Positions 1 to 13,366 of a DNA stretch of 64,000 nucleotides are shown here, piece by piece. This DNA is from Eledone cirrhosa (taxonomy: Eukaryota), in assembly GCA_964016885.1 (NCBI GenBank), contig OZ024747.1, forward strand, positions 13,268,001 to 13,332,000, written 5' to 3'. The notes beneath the pieces were generated by a model. The model was given only the letters and a program-made list of their open reading frames with translations, was not told the DNA's origin and ran no database searches. A program made the translations under genes and the position numbers. The stretch's first letter is position 1, and the number at the start of each line of letters is the position of its first letter.

Positions 1-239
1 GAGAAAGAAAGAAAGAAAGAAAGAAAGGAGGAAAGAAGGAAAGTAAGAAGAAAAGTAAGAAAGAAGGAAAGTAAGAAAGAAGAAATGGACAGTTAACCTC
101 GGGGAAGAAAAAGGATACATTCCATCTTTACGATCTCGGCTTTTAGTACTCTTGAAGCCGTAATAGTCACAGATCGTTGGAAGAGATAACTAGAAAATCG
201 ATAAATCTGCCTGAAAGTACAGTTACATCCCATTATCAA

Positions 240-274
<35 letters not shown>

Positions 275-579
275 AAGAAGAAAAAAAGGCAAACGAAAAA
301 CAAACAGAAAAAAAAAATATAATAAAAGAAAAGAAAATAAGACAAAAAGAAAAAGATTTCTGGCAAAAGTTGGGAAGAAGACCAATTCTTTTTTAAAGAG
401 GAAAATGTAGAATCGATTGGATCCACTTTCATGTCTTACCGATACCTCTCTTATTTTATGTTACTCGGGTATATGAAAGGCAAAGTTGTCAGTTAAGGTA
501 CTACATGATATAAGAATAATCATGATGACTTCATGGCTAGTACTCCTTCCTTATTTTTATCTCCCCTTTGTGAAATATG

Positions 580-1035
580 TCAGGTTACTCTGGAGTGCTA
601 CTGGTAGCATGTAACCCAGTACAACCTGTCGCGTCGTCGGCGACTAAACCGGCAATCCCACCAAGTTTACTTGGTGAGGAGGGTGATTTTGGACACCCTG
701 CAGGACAAAAAACAAAACCTGACAAAGGACGGAAGAACTGACAAGAGTTAATGGCCATCTAAAAAGAAAAAAGAAAAAAAATCCTGCCAAATCAATGGGT
801 GGCAGTAGTTCCAGCTGCACTCAAGACTGGTGTAGTGGTTCTGCAAATTGATAATGGAAAGACGCTCCCGCTCGAGTTAGAAGAGAACTATTGACCTTCA
901 GGAGAAGCAGCGACTCCTGATTGAATTCAGCAACCGAAATAAATATGAAGTACACCAAATCCAATGCTCCTAGGGGTGGCCCTGGTTCTTCTTATTTGCA
1001 AGTGTCAACTCGGCCAGATTAGATTAGATTAGATT
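580..1035 (+). mobile_element. Non-autonomous RTE-related/SINE-like element with (AGATT)n tail
   Basis: Shares GTCGG(C/T)GACTAAAC...TGGTG(A/G)GGAGGG...CAAAAAACAA blocks and the AGATT tail with the element at 55800-56860. Confidence 0.5.
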
Positions 1036-1240
1036 GTGAAAAGCTAAACAATTGAAAAAAAAAAAAAAAGAAATGATTATTAACTTTTGCACATGGTCAC
1101 AAATTTTAGTCAACTGAATTGACCCTAGCAGTTTATTGGTACATGACACCTACAAGGGTACAAGGAAGAAAGACAAAACAAACCTAATGCATGTCATCCT
1201 TTTCGACTTCAGAAAAACTATTTTCGTTGCGTGTATAATA

Positions 1241-1339
1241 CAGGGTGTCCCCAAAAATTGAATACACACTTTGATTACCTGTACAGGCAATATTTATTAG
1301 AATTTTGTTGAAGTGTGTATACATTTTTAGAGGACACCC

Positions 1340-1341
<2 letters not shown>
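1241..1341. mobile_element. Tc1/mariner-type MITE
   Basis: TIRs CAGGGTGTCC/GGACACCCTG with TA on both sides; related pieces at ~1690-1740 and 44869-44974. Confidence 0.8.
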
Positions 1342-1421
<80 letters not shown>

Positions 1422-2371
1422 TTTTGTAATTTCTTTTATTACTCTTAATCATGAGTATATGTTGACATTTTGTTCTTAAACATTTGCTGCTGACTTAAAT
1501 CTTGGTATGAAGTTCAGGTCTGAAATACTTATATTTGGTTTCCATTTAGTGTCAGATAATTTAATTTTATACTATAAAGTCTATGAACACTACTGAGGTT
1601 ACACTACTGAGGTTATACATAAAGGTCTTTGAATATTGTGTTAGATATTATAACAATCAAAATAGACATATTCAATTAATGTAAGGTTAAGGTGATTTAC
1701 TAATAAAGGCAATTTATTAGAATGTTGTTGAAGTATGAATATATATATATAGATATATATATAAGTGTATTAACGTGTTTGCAACTTAACCCAATCTCTG
1801 GCGAGTGCTTCATTTGCGTTTGATTATCCAATGAAAGATCAGATAAAATAGTAATTTCGAATTTAGGCACAAGGCCAGCAATATGTGGCGAGGGGTAAGT
1901 CGATTATATCGACCTCGGTGCTTAATTGATACATTAATTGATTGATCCTAGAAGAATTAAAGGCAAAGTTGATGCCGGTGAGATTTGAACTCGGAATGTA
2001 AAAGCGTCGGACAAAATACTGCAAAGAATTTTGTCCGATGCCTTAACAATTCCGCCATTCCTTAAGGTTAGACCCTAAAGGTTAGATAAAATCATAGAAG
2101 GAACCGTCGTTGAAAGTCTGTCAATATATTCAGTTTAGAGGTTAGATAAGTTTCTTCTCTTATCGATGATAAACGTTCTTTTCAATTGTGACTTAAACGA
2201 CATAATTGAAAATTCTGCCAAATCTCTCTAGATAAAGGTCTTCTCGTTATATAACTCGTTTATTCTTCATACTTCACTACTTCCAAATTCAATGTAATGA
2301 TTTCATTGTATCTTGATCAGGTTTTGGTAATCAGCATTTTTCTTTTTATATAAATGATTAAATTTAATATA

Positions 2372-2910
2372 CGAGATCTGTCCCAAAAATAAGGGTACTG
2401 TTGCTTTATTTAAATGTATATTAGACGTACATGAAATCACAAGTTATCTCCTTTAAAATACGAACCTTGGGAAGTCACACAGTGGTTCCAACGTTTTTTC
2501 CATTGATCGTAGCAGTGCCGGAAGTAATTTTCTGTGAGTGTCCTTAGCTCATCGCTTACAATTTTTTGTATGTTTTCGACAGTCTCAAAATGATGGCCCT
2601 TCACCTTTGATTTAAACTTAGGGAGATGGTAGAAATCACACGGCATTAGATCAGGGCTAAAGAGAGGATGTGGAAGAGTGGGAATGTTTTTCTTCCCTAG
2701 AAATTCTCTAATTGAAATTACTGTGAGCAGGTGCGTTAAGTGGCGCAGTACTATATCTTCTCTAATGTCCTCTCAGACTTGCTGAACCCGTTTTCGAAGT
2801 CGTCCCAAGACATCTTTCTAGAAGGAGCGATTAACTGTCTGTCGAGGAGGTAAAAATTCTTTGTGAACAATACCACGGTTGTCGAAAAAAAATGATAAAC
2901 ATCGTTTTCA
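2372..2910 (-). mobile_element. Degenerate mariner transposase, 3' part with TIR
   Basis: Minus strand reads FFDNRGIVHKEFLP..., ...NAPAH, LPHPLFSPDLMPCDF...WKKRWNHCV...GSYF; TA+CGAGATCTGTCC end at 2372. Confidence 0.85.
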
Positions 2911-2994
2911 CCCTGTTAAACTTTGTTGAGATATTTCGTCTTGACTAAAGTGTGGAGTCGGCTCTTTCTTTACTTTTATTATTTGATTTAAAAA

Positions 2995-3187
2995 AGGCGG
3001 TGGATTAGCAGTATCGGTAGAGGATCGGACGCCATGCTTTACAGCATAGAGTTACGTCCCTTTACTGCCTGAGTTTAAATGCCGCCGAGGTTAGCTTTGC
3101 CTTTCATCCTTACGGAGTCGATAAAATAAAGTACCACTGACGGAATGGAATAATTGCTGGTCTTGTGACAAAAGTAGAAACAATTAT
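2995..3187 (+). mobile_element. Abundant tRNA-derived SINE (representative copy)
   Basis: A-box-like (T/G)AGCAGTATCGG, B-box GTT(C/T)AAAT(C/G)C, core TTTGCCTTTCATCCTTACGG(G/A)GTCGATAAAATAAAGTACC. Other copies (approx.): 1850-2060(-), 4222-4409(-), 7150-7360(+), 7408-7720(-, two), 26212-26385(-), 28615-28703(+), 31590-31780(-), 33913-34103(-), 37307-37670(+, two), 38428-38645(+), 39075-39260(-), 43675-43865(+), 53470-53602(+), 57110-57258(+). Confidence 0.85.
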
Positions 3188-3626
3188 TTGATTAAAAAAA
3201 AAAAAATGATTGCAAATATTATATAATTTATTAGTTATTGTTTAACCCTAGGTAAATCCTGATCGATAAGAATTAAAATGAAAAGTATTCCTAGCCTTTT
3301 CTCTGTGTACAGGCACCCTGGGTCACATCATCTAACGGTGTGGTTTTAAACACTTTCACTGTCACACCTTTGTTGGTGAGTTTGATGCTGGAGTTTGAAT
3401 GAATGACAAGACATGAAGTTAAAGAGATAAATTATTTATTAAGGACATAAAAAACTTTATCGACAATTGTTGGGTTTTATTAGCTAACGTTTTGCATTTG
3501 ATAGAGAGTTGAATATGAGCAGATTGAAATGTTTAGTGAATTGTCTAAAATGTACGGCATTGGAGAACATTTAGACGACAGCTGTTGGGGAATGAGTTGC
3601 TTTCAACTATAAATGAAGAAAATGTA

Positions 3627-3660
<34 letters not shown>

Positions 3661-3732
3661 CATACATACCTATACACATATATAATATAAGTATATATAT
3701 ATATATACATATACATACACATACACACATAC

Positions 3733-3764
<32 letters not shown>

Positions 3765-3765
<1 letters not shown>

Positions 3766-3867
3766 ACGAAGGAAATGTGGTAAGGAACCAGGTGGACCAT
3801 AACGCACCAAAGTACTCAATACTTAGGGTAGTAGAGTGGGTAATAGGAACAAGTTACTTGTTCCTAT
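3765..3867 (-). mobile_element. Collapsed copy of the hairpin+tail (Penelope-derived) family in (TA)n
   Basis: Tail is the reverse complement of 27685-27762; hairpin reduced to ATAGGAACAAGT-T-ACTTGTTCCTAT. Confidence 0.8.
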
Positions 3868-3873
3868 ATATAT

Positions 3874-3904
<31 letters not shown>

Positions 3905-4919
3905 AATGTGGAGATATTTGCATATGTATAATATGTGCACAGTGCGTGTGTACACTATATCATTGTTGATTCTGGTCACACGTCAGAATACTATTATGGA
4001 AAATTTATGTTGATTAATTTCAAACGAAAGATATTAAACAGATTCGACTGTCTTTCTTGTGACTGTTAGTGATCACTTTCTAGAATACCTTGATAATGAA
4101 ATTAATAACAATAGGTTAAACATTTATCGTAAAAAAAATTCCTAACCAATACATTTCTTTCTTAGGTTCACAACTCTGTCGAGTATCCATGAGATAATTA
4201 TGCGTATCTTTCCCCTACAAATAATTGTTTCTACTTTAGGCACAAGGCCAGCAATTATCTCAGTGTATTACTTGTACTTTATTTTATCGACCCCGTAAGG
4301 ATGAAAGGCAAAGTCAACCTCGGCGGGATTTGAACCAGATCGTAAAGGGACGTAACTATGCTGGAAAGCATGGTGTCCGACCCTCTACCGATACTGCCAA
4401 TCCACCCTCCCCTACAAATAATAAATTGTTAACATACATGAAATCGTAAAGTTGTTTCTTAGCTCAATACTCAGTAACATTAAGCAGACGACAAATGTCT
4501 CTCCTCTTAGATCCTATTGGATAAGACGCCATTCTATCGATATTAATAGTCCCTGAAAATCTGGTTAGTATAATTGTCCATAACAAAACGCCTAGAGGAA
4601 GTATGAATTCCTGATGCACAAGCTGGTAGTCTAATATTTTAAATGGCTCGAACATTTCAGCTCAACTTTGCCATAAAATTAGATGGAATTTCAGCAAGAC
4701 GCCATATCACTGTACTCGAACACTGTACACTTCAAGAAATACACGAAAGAACAAAAATAGAAAGCATATATGACATTTAAAAACTACTAACGTTTAGAAA
4801 AAAAAAAAAACAAGCTCGGTTCAGTGACTTCTGCTTTACTTATACGATATCTAGGTTCGTAAATGATCGGTAAGTCAATTTATCGAGTAAAAAAGAAAAT
4901 TTTCGCTTTACATGGCTGA

Positions 4920-5422
4920 ATAAATTAAATGTAATCTGAGTTTTTCGAATATTAATAATAATATTCGATTCGTTTGCAATTATGCAAACAAGCCTCAATT
5001 TTATAGCCATGTCAGTAGAATGAACCCTTCATTCTTGATCTTGTGTTGGCATGTAAACAGAACTGCAGACACTAATGTTTCTGGGTATCACCCTTCATCA
5101 GTACAGCTCACTGTTCACCTGCCAAACTGTCAGAGCTAGTGAAAATATATGCTATTTTCAAAAATACAGTGACTGAAATTTTGAAAATAGCATATATTTT
5201 CACTAGCTCTGACAGTTTGGCAGGTGAACAGTGAGCTGTACTGATGAAGGGTGATACCCAGAAACATTAGTGTCTGCAGTTCTGTTCACATGCTAACACA
5301 ATATCAAGAATGAAGGGTTCATTCTACTGACATGGCTATAAAATTGAGGCTTGTTTGCATAATTGCAAACGAATCGAATGTTATTATTAATATTCGAAAA
5401 ACTCAGATTACATTTAATTTAT
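4920..5422. repeat. ~500 bp near-perfect palindrome (arms ~250 bp), fold-back Penelope-type pLTR
   Basis: 4920-5165 is the reverse complement of 5177-5422 with few mismatches; centre near 5171. Confidence 0.95.
5224..5289 (+). ncRNA. Type I hammerhead ribozyme motif (mirror copy on - strand at 5053-5118)
   Basis: GUGAACAG-UG-AGCUGUA / CUGAUGA / aGGGU-gau-ACCCa / GAA-ACA-uuag-UGU-C^ / UGCAGUU-CUGUUCAC; all three stems pair; GUC site at 5272-5274. Confidence 0.85.
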
Positions 5423-5670
5423 CTAGTTATAAGAAACTGTTGTTGTATATCTGATATTTGTCATAGCATTAGCTTATATGACCACAGAAGCTTGTTCATC
5501 CACCCAGCCTCTTTCAACAGGGGTTTCATCTCAACAGTACAAACCGTTAAACCTTTTGGTAGTATCAGTGATTCACGCTACAATCAAGTTAGCCAACAAT
5601 AATCATTTCTGACCAAATGAGTTTATTAAAGGAAATCTTTATTATTCTTAAAACTGATGAGAGTCTATGT

Positions 5671-6072
5671 CAGAGGTTCTGAAAGTGGGAGCTACCCCCC
5701 TCCCCACCACCAAGGAGGTTTTGAGAAGGTCCAGGGGGCGCTGGGGCCTAAGGGTGTGGTGCTGGTGGTGTGTATGGGGTAAGTGGGGTGAGTGGGGTGA
5801 GTGGGGTGAGTGGGGTAGAGATGATATAATAGTACATTAAATACCAAATGATACATATTATATATATGTAAATATAGTAAAATAAAAAGAAATTTATTTA
5901 TTTATACATAGTATATATTATATTATTTATTATATATAAATTAACGATTTTATTTGTTATATATTATTTACAATTTGCGTGTAGGCAGGTCTCTTTGGAA
6001 ATAGAAGTTGGGGCCCTGAGGGTATTACGAGGCCATGAGGGGGTGGTGGCCCCAAAAGTTTGAGAACCTCTG
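5671..6072. mobile_element. hAT (Charlie-like) MITE
   Basis: TIRs CAGAGGTTCT/AGAACCTCTG; perfect 8-bp TSD GTCTATGT at 5663-5670 and 6073-6080. Confidence 0.9.
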
Positions 6073-7783
6073 GTCTATGTCAGCAATAATATATTCCGTT
6101 TTTTCCTTTCAACTTAGAGTGAGATAACACTAAACATTAGTTTGCCTTTTCAACGAACACAAGCTAATAACTCGTTCACATCTCCTACTCTATGTTGAAG
6201 GCCAAAACTCCGAAATGTTAGATTTTTTAAAAATTCCTAATGGCAAATTAATTTATTTGACATTTAGTAAAAACTTTTTTGTTATATTCTTCCACTTGTA
6301 CCAACTACATTGAAATAGCGATCAGTTCAGTTCTAGATGAACAGGATCTAGGATTTTGGTATCGATTCCTGATTGTATCTATTTCCCTTCAATAATGTGA
6401 TTAACACACATGTGAAGGCAATGAAGATTACACAATGTTCCCCTACTTTGGCGTCAACAAGGTTAATCACCCATAGATGGATACTTCTGATTAGGAATTG
6501 ATACGGTTAAGATGCAAACATCTAATGTTCGAAATCACTTAGGAATGTACGCTTTTATTTTTATTTTTATTTTTTAAAATTAAAATTAACAATTATAATC
6601 ATTCGTTTTCTGATAAAAGCTGACAAATAAATCATTTCATTAAAATTCAATCCAAGCTAAGATTATGGGTTGCGTGTATATGTGTGTATGCGAGCACGCG
6701 TCTGTGTCAAAAGTGTTGTATAATGTGTGATGATTCAATGTGTCTGTAATAATGCTAATTGATTCTTGGTTGAATTCTTCCCACCACTTCAACTAATCTT
6801 ATCGCTCAACAGTGCACTATTTCAACCTTCTATTGGCTTTATCTCAACAATACCTTTAACAAGGAGCTGCCTATGCTAATAAAACTGGATATTATCTCTA
6901 AACAGTGATGCCGATAGAACTAATATCTGTCAGTAAAGACATATACGAAGAGCACCTGAAATTAAAAATCGATTTTCTTTGGTCTCGAACTGTTACTGAT
7001 ATACAATATCCGTGATAGAAACGGTGACTGAAACTTCCAAATACTGAGAGAGACATCGAAGACGAGAAACTTCATACACTTGTTCACTGCAAACAGATGA
7101 CTGATCTGTGATAGAATCTATTGTAGCTTAATATAGTTAATTTTCTAAGAATGGTAGATTAGATTGGTAAAATTGGTAGAGCGTCAGATGAAATACCAGT
7201 GCAGTATTTGTTCTAGCTCTTTTCATTTCGAGTTCAAATGCCACTGAGATTAACCTCACCTCTGGAGTCGATACAATAAACTACCAGTCAACAACTGGGG
7301 TTGATTTAATCAACTTTGACCACCCCAACAAATTGCTGGCTTTGTGCCTAAATTAGGATTCAATATATTCAATTTTTTTTAGCAACAATATTAACAATAT
7401 TAACGATAATTGTTTCTACTTTTGGCACAAGGCCAGCAATTACCCCAGTTCATTGCTGGTACTTTATTCTAACGACCCCCGTAAGGATGAAAGGCAAAGT
7501 TAACCTCGGCAGGATTTGATCTCAGGTCGTAAAGGGCCTTAACTCTATACTGTAAAGCATGGTGTCCGACCCTCTGCCAATTCTAGTTTAGGTACAAGAC
7601 AAGCAATTTATGGGGATATTATAGATCTCAATAATTTACTCATACTTTATTTTATCGATCCCAGAAGATTGAAAGGCAATGTTGATCTTGGCAGGATTTG
7701 AACCCAGAACGTAAATGGCATCGCTATATATCCATCGCTCTCTCTCTTTATCTATCTGTCTGTCTGTCTATCTATCTATCTAT

Positions 7784-9862
7784 AGAAGGTTTAAATAATT
7801 TTCGGCCCATAACCCTGCTAAACACAGAGTTAAAGATTTTGGCCAAGGTGTTAGCAAAGAGGTTGGCGCTTGTCGTGGGTGGCCTGGTGGGAGATGCGCA
7901 GACATGTGCTATCCCATCCAGGTCCATTCACGATAACCTCCACCTCATAGGATACATCATAGAGAGGGTTGGCAACAAACCCGGCTTCGGTGGGGCCCTG
8001 ATCAACTTGGATCAGTCTAAGGCCTTCGATAGGGTCGACCATGGTTACCTGGATGCGGTGCTAGCGGCGGCTGGGTTCGGTCCTGTTTTCAGAGGCTGGA
8101 TCACTGCCTTACATAGCAACCACATCTGTTCTAGGATCAAGGTGAACGGCTACCTTTCGAAGCCGTTCGAAATCACACGATCCATTCGACAGGGGTGCCC
8201 TCTCTCCTCCCTTCTCTACGTATTGACTCTCGAGCCATTACTGAGGAAGTTGGAGTTGTTGCAGGGTATCCCCCTGGAACCAGGATTGAGCAAAGCGGTG
8301 TCGGCCTACGCCGATGACGTAACAGTAATGGTATCGACCGACTCGGAGATCGAGGCGATCGGTACCTTACTGGAGGATTACGAAAAGTTGTCAGGAGCGA
8401 AACTGAACCGGGAAAAATCCATCGGGCTGCAACTCGGAACGTGGAGAGGCAGACCGATGCCTCCCGACGGTGTCGTCGGACACTGGACGGAGGGCCCGGT
8501 AAAGTTGCTTGGGGTCTGGTTTGGACCGGACCTCCAGGTGGAAAAGAACTGGAACGAGGTTACGAACAAGGTGTTTGCACTAACCCAGAAATGGGCCAAG
8601 TGTAAGCTGTCCCTAAAAGGCCGGGCGGAGGTGGCGAACATTTACATAGCGTCCGTCACTTACTACCGCCTGACTGTCGTGCCTTGCCCTAAGGAAACAC
8701 TCACCACCATGGAACGCATGCTCTTCCAATTTCTTTGGAAGAAGCGCCCTCCTATGGTGAGAAGGTCCATCTGCTGCCAACAACCTTCGAAAGGAGGGCT
8801 GGGGATGCCGTGGTTGATGATGCGTAGACACGCATTAAGGCTACGGCACCTACAGGTATTCCTCACTGGTCAACCGGTGTGGGCTCCGTTCGTGAAACGA
8901 GCCTTTCCGAGACTCGTCTCGCTCACCGAGCTACAGTCCTGGGTCAAGCAAAGATCCGGAAAACTGGGAGACTGGCACACTGAGTGTGCTCAGGCGCTCA
9001 GGGCTCTCTGGCAAGCGGGCCAGGCCATCGGTGGAGAATCCACCTCATCATTCTATAGAGGGCTGGTGGCTAGCAGGGGCGATGACACCCTTTGAGAGTC
9101 GCTGGACATGGAAGAAGACGAACTGGTCAGCCTGTTCGGGAGGACTTTCGGCCCAGGACCAATGGACAACTTCCAGAAGTCACTGGCCTGACAGTGCTAC
9201 CGGGGGGCTCTACCCGTTCGAGAGAGGCTCTACAGACGTGCGTGCGTCACGAAGAAACCGTTGCGCACGCATTGGTGCAATGTCCGGGCGTGGCTGATCT
9301 GTGGGGCTACGCCGAACGACTGCTGTCGCGGGTGGCGCCGATTCAATTGACCGCCGAGTCCGTGATGACAATCAAACCGCCTCCCCTCTTCACAAAGGAA
9401 GCAAAGGCGGTTTTTCTGTGCGTAATAGCCATGTTGAAAGAGGTTGTTTGGTGGACACGATTGAAAGGTCTGAGGTCAGGCAACTTCCTCTCTGGCCATA
9501 GTCTGGTCTACTTCTTCCGATATCACTTCGGAAGAAGGATAAGAATGGAGAGAGAGGTGCTTGGCCACAGGCAGTTTTATGAAAGGTGGGTGATAGTGGC
9601 GAGAATGGCTCGTGTAAATGGGCCTTCTCTGTATACCATCCTGTAGGTAAAGAAGTAAAGGAGAGGGGAGCACCTTCTCCATGTGCTCCCCGGGCAAAGG
9701 ATTGCACACTTTTTCGGGGGTGTGTGCAACCCCCATCACGTCCCCTCCCTTTTGAGGTTATTTTCGATTATTTTCATGTTACACCCTTTTTACTCGATTA
9801 TATGTAAACTCCCCCTTTGTATTTGTCCCTTCTTTTTATGCCTTTATGGTAAATAAAAAAAA
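7784..9862 (+). mobile_element. 5'-truncated Tx1/L1-clade LINE (RT plus C-terminal region), disabled
   Basis: FRPITLLN, LDQSKAFDRV, RQGCPLS, AYADD, KGGLG motifs; in-frame TGAs at 9093 and ~9189; HALVQC remnant; AATAAA/poly(A) end; (TCTA)n on both flanks. Confidence 0.92.
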
Positions 9863-10489
9863 TCTATCTATCTATCTGTCAATCTATCTATCTGTCAATC
9901 TATCTATCTGTCAATCTATCTATCTGTCTATCTATCTATCTATCTGTTCTATCCTATCCATCTCTTACACACACATACGATTTGTCCAATCATGAATAAA
10001 AATCAATAAACACGCGGTATTAAAAGATGGATATGCATTAGTTTGTCCGCGTTTCTAATTTACCTTACACATTGTGTGTTACTAATTATATTAATGGCGG
10101 TTATTGGAGACATAAATGAACATCACAACTTCTTAACCAGTCCAGCTCTCATCACCATTTTCGTCTTACAAATCTCAAGCTTACACACTTATGAAAAGAA
10201 CAATTATTTTTTGTTAATGTCAGTAGACAGCAACAAACAGTTTGCTTTATCAGGTTCCACAGAACAAATTGGAGTGTATTTTATGGACAATTTATTTATG
10301 TTAATATAGTTTTGTTGAAAATGTATTTTTGTATTAATATAATTTCCTTCATGAATATTATTTCCTTTCAGCCAATATACAAACTCACTCAGACATTGTA
10401 TTGCGAATGTATGTATGTATGTATGTATGTATGTATGTATGTATGTATGTATGTATGTATGTATGTATGTATGTATGTATGTATGTATG

Positions 10490-10908
10490 TTATCTCTTTC
10501 TCTTAATTTCGAGTATATTTTTTTGACCGGCCACCTTCCTGGTGGCAAGGTTGTAAAAGAAAAGAAATTGTCATCCCTTGAATCGCAAGAATGTTTTGCA
10601 AATTTTGAAGGTGACAGCTATCGCAGTCATTTGTAGACTATGAATTAGGGAACTGCGCTCTTTGTCCGCAAATCCAAGTTCAGTCATACTTTGGTTCAAG
10701 CGGGTTGGTAAGATAGTGGATTTAGTGAGAGAACGAAGAGTAGCACTGATAAGCTATCACCCTGAAAGATGCCCTTCTGGTAATGTATCTTATCAGTCTT
10801 AACTTGCTCCTTCTCACCTCTAAGGATCAAATTGGTGTATCAGTTCTTGGTCAGACGTTCAACAGCAGCTACCAGTGGTTGTGGGACTTTGGTTAACTGT
10901 AAAGCCTT
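10490..10908 (-). mobile_element. Internally deleted R4/Dong-clade non-LTR retrotransposon in (TACA)n
   Basis: Minus strand reads ...[28 protein letters not shown] fused to the C-terminus ...SLQMTAIAVTFKICKTFLRFKG*; 3' UTR runs into (TACA)n. Confidence 0.75.
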
Positions 10909-10982
10909 AACATGTATGTATGTATGTATGTATGTATGTATGTATGTATGTATGTATGTATGTATGTATGTATGTATGTATG

Positions 10983-11075
10983 TTTTCTCTTTCTCTTAAT
11001 TTCGAGTATATTTTTTTGACCGGCCACCTTCCTGGTGACAAGGTTGTAAACGAAAAGAAATTGTCATCCCTTGAA
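10983..11075 (-). mobile_element. Second, 3'-UTR-only copy of the same R4/Dong-like element
   Basis: Near-identical to 10490-10583 and flanked by (ATGT)n on both sides. Confidence 0.75.
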
Positions 11076-11135
11076 TGTATGTATGTATGTATGTATGTAT
11101 GTATGTATGTATGTATGTATGTATGTATGTATGTA

Positions 11136-11166
<31 letters not shown>

Positions 11167-11235
11167 GCACGTATGTATGTACATACGTATGTATGTATGT
11201 ATGTATGTATGTATGTATGTATGTATGTATGTATG

Positions 11236-11269
<34 letters not shown>

Positions 11270-11515
11270 TGTATGTATATACGTACGTATGTATGTATAT
11301 ATGTATGTATGAATGTATGTATGATTTTGGGACAGAGACACACACATACAACATACTTACATATATACATACATACATACAATTTTATATATATATATAC
11401 TTACATACATGTACACATATATATATACTTACATACATGTACACATACATATATAGGTAAATACAATCATATATATATATATATATGTGTGTGTGTGTAT
11501 ATATATATATATATG

Positions 11516-11547
<32 letters not shown>

Positions 11548-11688
11548 CATATATATTTATATATATATATATGTATATATATATGTATATATATATATAT
11601 ATATATATACATATATATATACATATATATATATACATATATATATACATATATATATAGATATATATACATATATATATATATATAC

Positions 11689-11746
<58 letters not shown>

Positions 11747-11766
11747 ATACATAAATATATATATAT

Positions 11767-11815
<49 letters not shown>

Positions 11816-11832
11816 CATATATATATAAATAC

Positions 11833-11929
<97 letters not shown>

Positions 11930-11986
11930 CATATATATATATATACGATATTAAATAAATGGAAACTATATTTATAAAACCATATT

Positions 11987-12052
11987 TATTTCATTATATA
12001 TATTTCAGGGATATCATATTAACAATATGTTATGCCTTCTTCAGACAAAATA
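11987..12052 (-). ncRNA. Minimal type I hammerhead in the Penelope pLTR
   Basis: UAUUUUGU / CUGAAGA / AGG..CAUAUU-guu-AAUAUG..CCU / GAA-AU-auau-AU-A^ / AUGAAAUA. Confidence 0.75.
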
Positions 12053-13366
12053 CAATATAGACAGTTTTATAAATAAATAGATTTGACATACCGTTCAACA
12101 TCGACTTGTATTTGAAAAGTTGATTTGGCAGTGAAAAATTGTAAACAGAAAGAAAGAAAGAAAGAAGGAAAGAAAGAAGGAAAGAAAGAAAGAAAACGAA
12201 GAAAAAGAAGAAATGCATGCAACTAAATAGAGAGATGGAAAGATAGATAAAGAGAAGAACTTCATGTAAAGAAACAGAGAGAGATATATAGAGAGAGGAA
12301 ATAGATAGAGATAGATATATATAGAGAAAAGTAGCTAGTTGAACATCCGTTGAATGACGTATCAATGATACATTTATTTATTTATTTATTTATTTAGCTC
12401 TAGTATTAATGTAAGGGAGATATATGTGGTTAGGAGAGAAACCAGCCGTTATATATAGAGAAAAAATGAAAAGTAACCAGACATAGGCGAGGCAGAATTT
12501 AAAAACCCTATGTTTCAATGTAGAAATATATGTTCGTATAAAAAACAGGCACTATAATGTAAATATCAGTATTCATGAATGAGACACGTATCTATAATGT
12601 GTGAAAAGTAATGATCTTATGTCTAGTTTTAAAAATTCATATGTTTATATGATAACTACAAACATCGATGTGAATTTACGTGATCAACTCTGCAAACTCC
12701 TATTTCACACGGAGAACATTCTCATTGTGCTATAAAAATTTAAGTATACATATATGTGTATATATACACATATATATAGAGTCTATATTAATTTTAACAA
12801 TACTATTCTTGTCTTTACTCTACATGATTATCTATCAAGCAGAAATAGAGAACAGATTTCAATATATTAATAAAAATATCAGAAACAAAAACAAAAACAA
12901 AAAATAATAATAAATAAATAAAACAGAAAACTAAAAAATATTACATATTAAAAATAAAAATATTAAAAATATTAAAAATATTAAAATAATAAAAATAAAA
13001 ACATAGTATGCCACGCAAATCGACCACAAAGATCAACCCTTCAAAATTAATTGACAATATATTGCCAAGTTCATTACAAGCATCAGAGTCGAAAACAGAT
13101 AAAACTAAAAATTATTTACCAAATCACGTCTAGCAGAAATCATTTCAAAAGTTTAGGATACCCATTTGGTCTACATATGTTCTTATATTTAATATAGAAG
13201 TTTATCTAGTGTAACATTTATTCGATATATTTGGAGCATCAACTTTTAGGGTAGTTTAATTTTTCATGAAGAATGTTTAAAATAAAAATAAAAAGAAGAA
13301 TAAAAAGAAGAAATCGAAAGATTTATCGGCTAGTTTCATAAATAATTACAAATCAAACTAAATATA

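Noticed and set aside
5654-5690. CTGATGA...GAAAG hammerhead-like match
   Set aside because: Chance junction of flank and hAT MITE TIR; no stems I or III.
6185-6230. Degenerate pLTR-like TGTTGAAGGCC...CCGAAATGTTAG
   Set aside because: The core is too mutated to support a ribozyme call.
7698-7783. N-terminus of the 465-aa ORF
   Set aside because: Read-through from a SINE and (TCTA)n; the LINE itself is 5'-truncated at ~7784, so this is not an intact gene.
10907-11932. YI/HT/CV-rich ORFs here and at 15428-16433, 26325-26777, 38544-39158, 57158-57557
   Set aside because: Microsatellite translations.
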